Shown here one piece after another: positions 38,148-47,774 of a stretch of 64,000 nucleotides of DNA (position 1 is its first letter; every line of letters starts with the position of its first letter). Both the position numbers and the translations under genes were made by a program. A model generated the notes under the pieces. It was not told the origin of the DNA. It saw only the letters and a list, made by a program, of their open reading frames with translations, and did no database searches. This DNA is from a virus (taxonomy: Duplodnaviria; Caudoviricetes): the IMG/VR virus record IMGVR_UViG_3300035492_000236, one strand, 5' to 3'.

Positions 38148-39272
38148 CTACTGGATCCTAAGCCAGATGTAGAATGGAAGATTTCTGGCATATTGCGTGC
38201 CGCTGGTGATATCCTGACCAATAGACATGTCGTCTGGGTTGCCGTTCTTCATCACCTTAAAGGCAATGGCGCCCTTTCGCTCCAGCCAGAATCTGAAGTC
38301 ATTGCGTCCGTTTCGATCCCCACTATGTCCGAGCTCGACCATCATCAGTTCACGGCCGCCATGATACAGGTGTTCGTGGTAATGATGACCGTTCTGGACC
38401 CCGCGCACGCTCACGCCATGGTACGGAGTGACGCCGGCACCCCACGCTGGACTAGTACCAAAATACTTATAAACACACACCCATTTTTCAAACGGACGAA
38501 TAATGGCATATTCATCACGGGTCTTTGTCGGAGTACCTACAGTGTGACTTCCGGGCAGTGACCCATACCAGGCAGTCCGGTCGTGTGTGCGTATGTTTAC
38601 AGTGGACGAGGGAATGCTCGGACTGCCAAAGGCTGGCCCTATTCGGATAGGGTCGGTAGACACTACATATCCAGGGTTCCATCCACCCCCCACATCATGG
38701 AAGGCCTCATGCCCGTGGTATATTGTCGCCTTTAAATGGACGTTCTGGATGGCTTTTGGGTGTTTAATGGTGCGACTGGATCTCCAGACCGGGCCGCCTT
38801 CCCAACCGTTGATGTAATTAAACAGTGTCAGGTTTTGATGATATTTAGTTACGCCTCCATCTACATCCTTAACTGTGATGGCGTCAATACGCACCCAACC
38901 ACTTTGAGCGCCTTGATCAAGACCTTGGTGTGATCCGCGCAACACCTCGGCCACCAAACACACATAGCTGAACGTGTCGCTACGTCCCTCCATGCGATGG
39001 TCCATCATGTACTCCCAAACCTGATTCACATGTCCAGGGTACCGACCTAGTGTATGTACTAGTTCGCGCGACACCGCTTCTTTAGCGGGCTTTATTTCAG
39101 ACATCCAACCTGGCGCCGGGACAGACAGCGCCATGAGATCCACCACTCTTCCTGCATTGACGCCCCTCCACCCCCGATTCACCACCGTCGCCCAATTTGG
39201 GAACCCTTCTTGATCACGACCATCTTGAATGGCGAAGGCCACGCGAGATATCTGACCGTGTCTGTTAGCCAT
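38148..39272 (-). CDS. Putative late/virion protein, paralog of 57579-58403
   Basis: Shared LGRYP, Y(I)N.W, YHG.E, W(Y)NPG.VV blocks; own TATG element and terminator. Confidence 0.55.
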   Translation of the reverse strand: MANRHGQISRVAFAIQDGRDQEGFPNWATVVNRGWRGVNAGRVVDLMALSVPAPGWMSEIKPAKEAVSRELVHTLGRYPGHVNQVWEYMMDHRMEGRSDTFSYVCLVAEVLRGSHQGLDQGAQSGWVRIDAITVKDVDGGVTKYHQNLTLFNYINGWEGGPVWRSSRTIKHPKAIQNVHLKATIYHGHEAFHDVGGGWNPGYVVSTDPIRIGPAFGSPSIPSSTVNIRTHDRTAWYGSLPGSHTVGTPTKTRDEYAIIRPFEKWVCVYKYFGTSPAWGAGVTPYHGVSVRGVQNGHHYHEHLYHGGRELMMVELGHSGDRNGRNDFRFWLERKGAIAFKVMKNGNPDDMSIGQDITSGTQYARNLPFYIWLRIQ

Positions 39273-39349
39273 GATTAACTCCCATTATCGATAATCTAGT
39301 AACATAAGAAGGGTGGGTGGGGCACTGCCCCACCCACCTACGTTAACGG

Positions 39350-40219
39350 TTAATTTATCTTCAAAATGCTGTCTTTGTGCAAACCAAAATACAGCAGTGC
39401 TGTCATCGCCGGTCCATTCACCAACTTACCTTCACTGATCAAAGACAATGCCTCCGCCAATGGCATCACCTTAACCCGAATGTTTTCATTTTCGTGCTCA
39501 AGACCATGCACGCCGCCCACTTTCGTGGAGTCTACGAACCCCACGTATGTGTGGTTGCGATTGTCCGTGAATCCAGGCGACACATAATACGTCATGAGAT
39601 GCTGAATGTCGTACACAGTGGCTCCGGCTTCTTCTTTGGCTTCCCGGATAGCAGCGTCTTTAGGCGATTCTTCCTTACCCACACCACCACCAGCCAGACC
39701 GAGCAAGAACGGGTTGTCAGTAAAGGCTGCCCCCTGCCGGAATTCCTCTACCAGCACGACATGCTCGGTTTGCGGGTCATACAACAGTACAGATACACCA
39801 CTACTGCCGAACATCCCAACATGCTCATGGGGTTCAGACCACTCACCGTCAAAGCGTTGATAGCGCAGTTTCAGCCGTAGTAACTTAAACCAACCCTCGT
39901 AGAGAACTTCGCTCTCGAGGATGTCCGCTACTTCTGCCTTGAACTCTTCTGTAGCCACGTCTTCGTAGCGCAGGTTAGGGCCGGCAGTTCTACGACTGAG
40001 GATGTCAATGAGCAGCAATGCCATGTCTGGTTCGTCTTTCAGCAAGCTCACGAACTCGCTGTTGTTCCAGAGATGGTCCCGCAGTGACTTCCCGTCTGCC
40101 AGTTCTGGCCAGCTACGCTCTTGTACCGTCTCGTCATTTTCAAACACTAACTTCAGCGTTTGACCATCCTCATCCATGGAGATCTCCTCGATCTCCTTCA
40201 ACTTACCATACTTCGTCAT
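39350..40219 (-). CDS. nudF: ADP-ribose pyrophosphatase (NudF-like) with an N-terminal extra domain
   Basis: VLYEGWFK, VSVLLYDP...VVLVEEFR, Nudix box G5xES...AA.REAKEE.G, SPG, G.G...ENE.I motifs. Confidence 0.8.
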   Translation of the reverse strand: MTKYGKLKEIEEISMDEDGQTLKLVFENDETVQERSWPELADGKSLRDHLWNNSEFVSLLKDEPDMALLLIDILSRRTAGPNLRYEDVATEEFKAEVADILESEVLYEGWFKLLRLKLRYQRFDGEWSEPHEHVGMFGSSGVSVLLYDPQTEHVVLVEEFRQGAAFTDNPFLLGLAGGGVGKEESPKDAAIREAKEEAGATVYDIQHLMTYYVSPGFTDNRNHTYVGFVDSTKVGGVHGLEHENENIRVKVMPLAEALSLISEGKLVNGPAMTALLYFGLHKDSILKIN

Positions 40220-40233
40220 AACGACTCCATTGG

Positions 40234-40446
40234 TCAATCTGCTATCTCATTAAAGATAGACAAAAACAACGACTCTTCCATCACCCACCGTTTTCCAGCA
40301 GGGCTGTCGAAGGTTGGTGTTAAGTTGGTGTAGTATATCATTCTAATGCTGCAATCCTGACCGTGCTGACACACATCCAGTATTTTACATGGTATCTTAG
40401 AACGGGAGTGATACACACTCCCGATTTTCGCCTCCAATATCGCCAT
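40234..40446 (-). CDS. Small SH3-like protein (DUF1653-like)
   Basis: Y.H/S..., H.QD...M.YY, W......F pattern. Confidence 0.4.
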   Translation of the reverse strand: MAILEAKIGSVYHSRSKIPCKILDVCQHGQDCSIRMIYYTNLTPTFDSPAGKRWVMEESLFLSIFNEIAD

Positions 40447-40733
40447 TAGCTCTCACTTGCGGGCGAAGCAGGGCCCTTCTCGACAAAGGTGTAACGCAAT
40501 GGTGCGTGAGCAGGAACAATGCGACCAACCATCACCCCACTGTCGGAGAACGCGACATTATCAACTACTGTTACCTTGTCGCCAATTTCCAATGTCGGAC
40601 AGGCAATGCCGGGCAACATGGTCAGTGTTGGACCAGTAATCTGCGATTTCAGGTAGTACTCCACCGTAGTGTTTCCTGCACGGGTAATTTCCATACTACC
40701 GTCGACATAACACGCCAATCTTTCACTACTCAT
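40446..40733 (-). CDS. Hypothetical protein
   Basis: 95-aa ORF; ATGA overlap with the thyA stop. Confidence 0.55.
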   Translation of the reverse strand: MSSERLACYVDGSMEITRAGNTTVEYYLKSQITGPTLTMLPGIACPTLEIGDKVTVVDNVAFSDSGVMVGRIVPAHAPLRYTFVEKGPASPASES

Positions 40734-41026
40734 TTTGCCACCTCAAATTTAATAGCTGGGTGATGTTGGTAGTTCACCAACTCGAAATCTTCGGGGTTGT
40801 AGTCGAACACCGTCGGTGCCAGACGCAGCATCTTCAGTTGCGGCAACGAATACGGTTCCCGTGACAACTGCTCTTTTAGCGGTTCGATTTGGTTTTCGTA
40901 GACGTGTGCGTCTGTCGCAGTCAGCCACAGCTCACCTACGTCCATGTCCACTTCGGCCGCCAGGATATGGGTCAGCAGTGCATAGAACATGATGTTCACT
41001 GGCGCGCCGGCCGGCCAATCGTTAGA
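40730..41026 (-). CDS. thyA: Thymidylate synthase, exon 2
   Basis: SNDWPAGAPVNIMFYALL...DAHVYENQIE...QLSREP...F.L.NY..HPAIK: canonical ThyA C-terminus. Confidence 0.9.
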   Translation of the reverse strand, partial: SNDWPAGAPVNIMFYALLTHILAAEVDMDVGELWLTATDAHVYENQIEPLKEQLSREPYSLPQLKMLRLAPTVFDYNPEDFELVNYQHHPAIKFEVAK

Positions 41027-42218
41027 CATTACCTTCAACTAGGCTCGCTAGGCCTAGCCCGTACATCTGGCCAGAATGTACTGCCCACCTCGCGATGGGA
41101 ATGAGGACAAATCACTATCTCAACCCACAAGTCACTGCACATGACTTTATATGTAAAGGTTGAGATACACTTACCGTTTCGACTACGCTCGTAGCCTACT
41201 CTACTCAGTTCACCTGACGGTGCCTTTCGATGTCCGTGGGGCATTTATACTCAAGCTATTTTCCATTCCGAGAATCTTGGGTTTTTCGACCTAACGCGAT
41301 GTCGAACCGTACCTCGACATATTCCTAACGCATCGGCGGCCCGCTGCATGGAATCATACGCAACGCCATTTATAACCACGCCAATTTCAGTCCCGTTTAG
41401 TCTTCCTAGGTTGGCTTCGCGCAAGCGTCTCTTGGTTTCGTCGCTATGAGTTCTACCGTAGAAGTGGTTGCGCTCACCTCGATAAAGATGTGCATTGTCG
41501 CGCATGCGTTTGCACATCTCCTCGTATTGGCGTTGTGGCATTGGCTTGCCTTTGTTTGGTGGGGTCGTTCCCAATATTCGCTGTCGCTGTCGCTCCTTAA
41601 CCTCGTCTGTATGTGTCCTACCATACATTGGGTTTTTGCATCCGCTAATGTCCCAGCGCTTTGCCTTCTGCTCTGGTGTCATCGCGGCGCATGTCTCAGA
41701 CAGCGTCTTGCTTCTACGTGAAATTACGTCTTCTCGGTTTGGGTTGTATGTCAAAGTGTCTTTAAAGCTATCGCCGGCAGCGACATTATAAAGCTTCCCA
41801 GTCGCTATAATGCGATTGACAAGAGCAGACTCTAATTGGAACGCCTCTTCATAGGTATCAAACGACTTTAGCGGCTTTATTCTAAAGATCCCACCGTTAT
41901 CGAAGTCTGCTTGTAAAGATTTACTATGATGTCGTCCGCCCATTAGCATTCCAATATGATCAGCCTTTCGCCTCTTGAAATTCCTGGTGCTTCCGTAATA
42001 CCTCTTTCCAGTACCAACCTCTAAAATGACATACACGTATGGTTTATCTTTAATCATACCCAAATCCAAATCATTAACAACACACTGATTAGATGGATTC
42101 GTTATGAATAACAGCTCGAGTAACTTAGCAACGGATTGACATGCCGGTCTTGCCGACAGCTTCCCCGTTTTAGGTAAGGTTTTCGACGTACGTCACCGTA
42201 CGAAGGCGCTCTCTCTTA
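41027..42218 (-). mobile_element. Group I intron (IA2, T4 td-like), 1192 nt
   Basis: 5' site after U (CGU/UAA) with P1 U.G pair; ends in ...UAAUG; AAACGGGGAA and CAAUCCGUUGCUAAG P/Q elements; P3 CUUACC/GGUAAG; P7 GGACA/UGUCC; P9 with GCGA loop. Splicing restores ...LR-SND.... Confidence 0.9.
41251..42057 (-). CDS. Intron-encoded GIY-YIG homing endonuclease (I-TevI-like)
   Basis: YVY...YYGST...R..H GIY-YIG module, two NUMOD3 repeats (YGRTH.DE.K), C-terminal HTH. Confidence 0.9.
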   Translation of the reverse strand: MIKDKPYVYVILEVGTGKRYYGSTRNFKRRKADHIGMLMGGRHHSKSLQADFDNGGIFRIKPLKSFDTYEEAFQLESALVNRIIATGKLYNVAAGDSFKDTLTYNPNREDVISRRSKTLSETCAAMTPEQKAKRWDISGCKNPMYGRTHTDEVKERQRQRILGTTPPNKGKPMPQRQYEEMCKRMRDNAHLYRGERNHFYGRTHSDETKRRLREANLGRLNGTEIGVVINGVAYDSMQRAADALGICRGTVRHRVRSKNPRFSEWKIA

Positions 42219-43130
42219 ACGCAGACTAACATGCAGGTTCAGTCGGTACTTGGGCGCGTACTTCAACACGATGGCTTCCCGCTCTTCCTGGGAGATGCAT
42301 CCGCCCGTGACTTTCATCTCTGCCGCTATCACATACTTGGAGAAATCCGTCCACAACCTATGTTTGTGGTTCGCCAGCCGTTCTTCAGCCGACATCTCTT
42401 CCACTTTACACACGAAGTTCCAATGGCAGGGCGCCAGCGCCATCTTACCACGTGCCACGTTCTCCTGCGGCGACAGGCGCTCATCCGGCAGCAAGGCCGG
42501 GAACCAGGTAGAGACCACATGCCGACGAGAAGTGGGGTTCATCCGTAGACCATTCACCAGCTTTTGGATCTGGTCGGTGGTGGTACCGTCCCCGTTCGGG
42601 AAGGCGCGCCACATCTTGCCATACAGCGGACCCAGGTCACCGATGTCGCACGTCTTCACCCACTCTTCGGTTGTCCAGTTATGGTGTTTCAGGTAGAAGG
42701 TCGCCAGCTCCTGGTCAGAGGGGATGTACATGGGGTCTTTCCCAGCATGCTCTTTCCAGGTATCGTGGATTACCTTGATGGCATCCAGACCATACACGCC
42801 GTAGATGTCACCGATGCGGTCCATCGTGTCCGCAAACGTCAGCTTACGGGTGATGTAGCATTGCTCGTCGTTTTCAATCGCCCACTTGTTCCAGAACGTC
42901 ACCCCGTGGTCATTCAAGAACTTGACGTTGGTGTTGCCGGACAACATCCACAGCAGCTCCACCACAGCCCCCTTGAAATACCCCTGTTTCGTGGTCGGAG
43001 CGGGGAAGCCTTGGCGCAAGTCAAAGCGTACGCTTTCCCCAAAGGTGGAGACGGTATCGACACCAGTGCGGTTGTGGGCACGTACGCCGTTAGTAAGGAT
43101 GTTGTTGGCAACGTTGATGTACTGTTCCAT
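42219..43130 (-). CDS. thyA: Thymidylate synthase, exon 1
   Basis: RTG..T...FG, ELLWMLSG.TN, W..WA, LGPLYG..WR, P.SRR, MALAPCH active-site Cys; two large insertions. Confidence 0.92.
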
Positions 43131-43201
43131 GGCAGTTTCTTATGTTAGTTGGTTGATGATGAGTTACATAGCATGGCCCTAAAACCATGCTGAGTTATGG
43201 A

Positions 43202-44437
43202 TTAAGCAGCTTGCTTCAGTTGCTGATTATGGTATTTCATCAGCAGGTTTTTCGCGGTGATGTGACACGCCTTAGCGCGAAACACCACGTCGTGGATATC
43301 TTTAGCGGGCATGTCGACAAACACCACCTGTTCGACATCCATCTCAGGGTACAGCCGCTCGAAGTAGCGCTGCACTGTGACGGCATTAATGTAGGGCAGT
43401 TCGACGATGTGGTCGACACGACCAGGGCGTAGCAGAGCACTGTCCAAACGTTCCAGGTAGTTGGTGGTCATGAATACTACGTTACCACTCAGCGTTTGAA
43501 TGCCGTCCAGCGCGTTCAGTATTCCACTCAAGGTCAGGAAGTGGGTACCGTCTTTATCCGCGGTAAGGGACTTGCGGTCGTGGGTGGAGGTGGCAGCGTC
43601 AACATCTTCCAGTACGATGAAGGCGTTCTTAGGCGCTGTCAGCATGCTTTTAAGCAACGTTGCGTCTGACATATTACTCAGGTTCAGGATACACACCGAC
43701 ATGTTGTAGGTACCTGCCAGAGCGCGTATCATCGACGTTTTGCCGGTTCCTGGTTCGCCATGCAGCGCAATCGTCAGTTTGTGCGACAGGCCCAGTCGAT
43801 TAAAGGTGTCCGCCCCGTTAACGAACGCGTCCATTTCTGATTTGAAGAACTGGTAGGTCTCTGGGTTCAAGGCGATGTCATCCAGCGTGTTTTTACGGAT
43901 GTGGCTTTGCAAACGCCATTCTTCTTTGAAATCGTAGACGGCGATTTCGTCGGAATGGTCATGGTTACGCAAGTCCTCCACCAACGAGTCGAACAAACTG
44001 CGCGACCGGCCCAGCTTGATGACGGTGATTTGTTCCTTCAGCAAATCCCCGCCGGAGCTATCCAGGGTTTCCTTACGTACTAGTAACAACCTGCCGCGGT
44101 ACACGGTCAGGTGATTGCCGTACCCAATACCTAATGAAATCTTGAGCTTACCATTGTCGTCCCAGCGCGACAACACCGAGAACGTACGGGTGAAACCCGC
44201 GGCGGTGCCACTATGCATCAGCTCGTTCAACTGCAAGAACATAATGCGGTCCATGTACGTGGTGTTGTTCACGGTGAGGGAAGTCATCAGTTGTTTCTTG
44301 ATGAGTTCGAACAACTTCACTGGGAGGGTTTTCAACATGTACGTGGCGCTAACCGTTAGCGTGGTGACAATACCGGCAGTGGCGAATTGGTTGCCGCCTG
44401 TCACCACATCTAACCATTCAAACAGAGAAGCGAGCAT
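43202..44437 (-). CDS. BCS1-like membrane AAA+ ATPase
   Basis: GEPGTGKT Walker A, LEDVD Walker B, TLSGILNALDG, FMTTN...LDSALLRPGRVD; N-terminal TM and BCS1_N-like GYGNH..Y.GR, LGRSR blocks. Confidence 0.75.
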   Translation of the reverse strand: MLASLFEWLDVVTGGNQFATAGIVTTLTVSATYMLKTLPVKLFELIKKQLMTSLTVNNTTYMDRIMFLQLNELMHSGTAAGFTRTFSVLSRWDDNGKLKISLGIGYGNHLTVYRGRLLLVRKETLDSSGGDLLKEQITVIKLGRSRSLFDSLVEDLRNHDHSDEIAVYDFKEEWRLQSHIRKNTLDDIALNPETYQFFKSEMDAFVNGADTFNRLGLSHKLTIALHGEPGTGKTSMIRALAGTYNMSVCILNLSNMSDATLLKSMLTAPKNAFIVLEDVDAATSTHDRKSLTADKDGTHFLTLSGILNALDGIQTLSGNVVFMTTNYLERLDSALLRPGRVDHIVELPYINAVTVQRYFERLYPEMDVEQVVFVDMPAKDIHDVVFRAKACHITAKNLLMKYHNQQLKQAA

Positions 44438-44540
44438 ATTTACGTCCTTTTTAGTGGTGGTCAAATAACATACCATCTTCAAACTGGGTAGTTTTTTACC
44501 AAGACACAAAAAAAAGGAGGGCCTAAGCCCTCCTACGTTG

Positions 44541-45854
44541 TTAGCTGTAAATGTAAACCTTGGTCGTGTTGCCACCCAACCACAGCAGTCGAGTACGTAC
44601 TTCATCAAACACGAACACGCCGCTGAAAACCGACGCTGGCAGTGGACTCCGCGCTGTCCAAACGTCTGTGACCGCGTCGTAGGTCAGCAATTGGTCGGTT
44701 GCACCGCCAGCCATGTAGAGTTTAGACCCTATGGCGCACATGTAATGGTTGATGTTGGGTTTCGGACCAATGCCATCGTCGAGCCAGGTTTCAGTGGCAG
44801 TATCGAAGCGAAGGAACTGGTCGTGTGCGGCAACGTCATAACCACCGTAAATGTACAATATCTGATCAATAGCAGCCATCGCAGGGCCCTGCGATGCCTT
44901 ACCGTGACCGCCATGATCAGTCACTGTCCCTTTCACGAAGTCATAACTGTAGAGTTTGTTCTGACGCGCACCATTATTAATCCAACCACCATAAAACCAC
45001 AATTTATTGCCGACTACGGCCGCGCCAGGCTGAACCAACGCCACCGGTAACGTCTTCACAACGGACCACACTCCTGTGGTAGGACTGTACTTAACCAGGC
45101 TGTTGTTGTCTGCGCCGAATCGCCCCCCTAAGAGGTACCAGTCACCGTTATACGCAACGGAGGCAAGGTGCAGACCTAACGATGGGGTGTTGGCAATAGC
45201 TTCCCACGTTTCACTGACCAAGTGGAAGCGATAACTCGAATTACCGCGACACATGTACACGTAGTCGCCAATCACCGCCCCGGTTGAACCTACACCTTGA
45301 ATGGGACTTACGACTACAGATTGGCTGGTGATCCAGACGTCGTCAAACGCGATTTCCTGCTGCATGTTAAAACCACTCAGCTCGCGGTCCTGCACACGGG
45401 TTTCGAGTGACGCTTCGACTACCAGGGGGCTGTAACCGATGAATGCCGGGTTGGCTGCCTTGGCATAAAAGACGTCTTGACCTTCAATCTGCTTGGTGCC
45501 GAAATGGCCGGTCTCGGTGTTGATGCCATATTTCCGCTGTACTTCTTGCAACACTAAGGCTTCGTCAAATGCCCCATCAGCCTTGATGTCAACTTCACGG
45601 AGTTTGACTTCAACGACACTAAACAGCGTGGCAATGTCGATCCGATTATAAAAGATGGTGGCGCCACTTACATCCGTCCCTTCAGGCAGGGGGTTGATGT
45701 CGATGTTTTGTGCGGTATTGTACGCTCCTTCTAGCGGCGTAGGTTGCCCTGTCAGGATTAAGTGATTAATATCATACGCTTCGGTGTTAAAGTGGTTAAA
45801 CAACTCCTTCACCAACTGCGCCTGTGGTTTGATCATGTCTACAACATAACTCAT
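44541..45854 (-). CDS. Anchor-domain plus Kelch beta-propeller protein (putative virion protein)
   Basis: YNRIDIATLFS N-terminus, then about six Kelch repeats (GG...Y....W). Confidence 0.7.
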   Translation of the reverse strand: MSYVVDMIKPQAQLVKELFNHFNTEAYDINHLILTGQPTPLEGAYNTAQNIDINPLPEGTDVSGATIFYNRIDIATLFSVVEVKLREVDIKADGAFDEALVLQEVQRKYGINTETGHFGTKQIEGQDVFYAKAANPAFIGYSPLVVEASLETRVQDRELSGFNMQQEIAFDDVWITSQSVVVSPIQGVGSTGAVIGDYVYMCRGNSSYRFHLVSETWEAIANTPSLGLHLASVAYNGDWYLLGGRFGADNNSLVKYSPTTGVWSVVKTLPVALVQPGAAVVGNKLWFYGGWINNGARQNKLYSYDFVKGTVTDHGGHGKASQGPAMAAIDQILYIYGGYDVAAHDQFLRFDTATETWLDDGIGPKPNINHYMCAIGSKLYMAGGATDQLLTYDAVTDVWTARSPLPASVFSGVFVFDEVRTRLLWLGGNTTKVYIYS

Positions 45855-46004
45855 TTGGAACCTCTACAACTCGTCAGTTTGTTAAGAATAGGTACGCGTA
45901 CCCAAACTATTGAAAAGGATACCGCATGTTCATCTAATCACAATGCCGGCCAGGACCGCCGCAACGCAAAAAAAAAGTGAGTGGACCTTAGCCCACTCAG
46001 CATA

Positions 46005-46112
46005 CTATCTACTGCCCACCCGTCCAAGCATTCTACACTTACCATGTAGCACCAGCGCCGCGCCAATCAAACCCACATTCAAGGCAACGTACAAACCAAC
46101 TGCATAAATCAC
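46005..46112 (-). CDS. Possible 35-aa membrane microprotein
   Basis: SD aggagg plus GTG; IYAVGLYVALNVGLIGAALVL hydrophobic stretch, basic tail, own terminator. Confidence 0.45.
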   Translation of the reverse strand: MIYAVGLYVALNVGLIGAALVLHGKCRMLGRVGSR

Positions 46113-46164
46113 TTAACACTTCCTCCTTTCTATTACATAATATTTGCCCTCACTGTCAAAAAAA

Positions 46165-46180
46165 GAGGGCCGAAGCCCTC
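46165..46180 (-). terminator. cUUCGg hairpin terminator (identical copy at 58455-58470)
   Basis: gagggccgaagccctc plus A7 tract. Confidence 0.75.
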
Positions 46181-46196
46181 TGTGAGATTCAAACTC

Positions 46197-47210
46197 TCAG
46201 AGCAACATTGTCGGCAGTTCAACTGTCGCCGTAGACTGCGTTGCAGTATGACTACTGCGATCTTTAGTGAGGTTAGACAGCAACTTACCATCCGTTAACT
46301 GGATGTATAACTCAACATCCACCTCCTGAGTTAGGTTGGGATGACCACGGTATTTACTCCGGTCGAATGTTACGAATTCTAGCGGGTGACTAACCACCAA
46401 CGTGCCGTCGTAGATAGCGATATTTCTCAGCGTCCGTATTGCCTGCTGGATATCGTGTTCTCCCGAAACCTTGGATAGGCAATTGCAATAGAAAACGGTG
46501 GTGCAATCTCCATCGTAAAGTGCTTCCCAGGTTTCTTTGAGATCACTGATCGGAGCGTCAGCATCGCTAAGTTTGATTACTTTCAGAAATATTCCTGTCT
46601 GCATACTGAAGTCATCTATGAACGCGGTGCGTGCATCGTCGTGTTCAAACTCGGGCAATGGACGCTCAGTGACTTGGAGGAACATGTCCGCGTAATAAGA
46701 TTTCACGTCTTCATCGGTGGCGTCGTAAGGCGCCACCCACACCAGCAACCGCGGGCCGCCGTCCACTGCGGCCACAATAATGTCACGTGCAGCCAGGCTG
46801 AGTGCAGCACGGTCTCCAAGTTCCGCATCTTCACAGCCGATCAACGTACACATGGGTGTGTTGTCGCGAGCCAGGTTAAGTTCGGCATATCCACTCCAAT
46901 CCTTAACGGTCAACCGTTTCAGTCGCGTCTCGAACACTTGCAAGGCTAATTGCTGCAACGTGGTGCGATCATCGACTCTTCGGTTAATGTACTCATTAGG
47001 GCGAGCATCCACCCAGGCCGTGGGATCTTCGGTCAGGTAAGTGTGGGTTGTCTCAGTAAGCTTCTCAGCCAACTCAATCGTTGCGTCCTGGCGTTCAATG
47101 ATATCAAGCAGTGCGCTTGCCTCGGCATCAGTAGGCGGATGAAGTTTGAACTGGTTGCGCAACGTACCCATGGGGTTTCGGATAATGGCTTGGGCATATT
47201 CTTTTAACAT
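46197..47210 (-). CDS. Hypothetical protein (337 aa)
   Basis: ORF with tatctggag RBS. Confidence 0.6.
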   Translation of the reverse strand: MLKEYAQAIIRNPMGTLRNQFKLHPPTDAEASALLDIIERQDATIELAEKLTETTHTYLTEDPTAWVDARPNEYINRRVDDRTTLQQLALQVFETRLKRLTVKDWSGYAELNLARDNTPMCTLIGCEDAELGDRAALSLAARDIIVAAVDGGPRLLVWVAPYDATDEDVKSYYADMFLQVTERPLPEFEHDDARTAFIDDFSMQTGIFLKVIKLSDADAPISDLKETWEALYDGDCTTVFYCNCLSKVSGEHDIQQAIRTLRNIAIYDGTLVVSHPLEFVTFDRSKYRGHPNLTQEVDVELYIQLTDGKLLSNLTKDRSSHTATQSTATVELPTMLL

Positions 47211-47227
47211 GAGGATCTCCAGATAAA

Positions 47228-47716
47228 TTATTGAGTCAGTTCTTTTAACATGTCGCGCTGAAAGGCTTGTAAGTCAACCGTCCAGTGTACTAACATTTCA
47301 AGTGGTGCGCTGTCAATTACTTGATACAATTCAGATATGTCGTGCGCGTTGCAGTTATATAAAGCTGCAAGATACCGGACATGGTCTTTGAGTTTCTTGT
47401 ACGCGGTACCAAAGTCCTTAAGGTGACTGTGGTCGTAACAATCACTCGACGGTACAGACAGACCACCGAACGTGAACCAGAGGTTGCTCGGGTCCCACAC
47501 CAACCCTAACGGCACCCGCACGCAGTTTGGTCGATTTGGTATATCCGCGTACTGCGGCGAAATCAAGAATATGGAACTGGTGTCTTTCATATACCGGCGA
47601 AGGAAGGGCGTAGGTAGCACCCACTCCGTGGTAGGGACGTATACTTTGCCAGCGTATACATCGTACTCATCGCTGACAACTTTACAGCCAGTGTGGTTAT
47701 AGATAGAAATAGTCAT
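47228..47716 (-). CDS. Hypothetical protein (weakly DUF4326-like)
   Basis: TATCTTGGAG RBS; YDVYAGK...W..P.PF pattern. Confidence 0.5.
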   Translation of the reverse strand: MTISIYNHTGCKVVSDEYDVYAGKVYVPTTEWVLPTPFLRRYMKDTSSIFLISPQYADIPNRPNCVRVPLGLVWDPSNLWFTFGGLSVPSSDCYDHSHLKDFGTAYKKLKDHVRYLAALYNCNAHDISELYQVIDSAPLEMLVHWTVDLQAFQRDMLKELTQ

Positions 47717-47774
47717 CGCAGAACTCCAAGATAAAAAATAAGAAGGGTGGGTAGCGAACTACCCACCGTGATTG

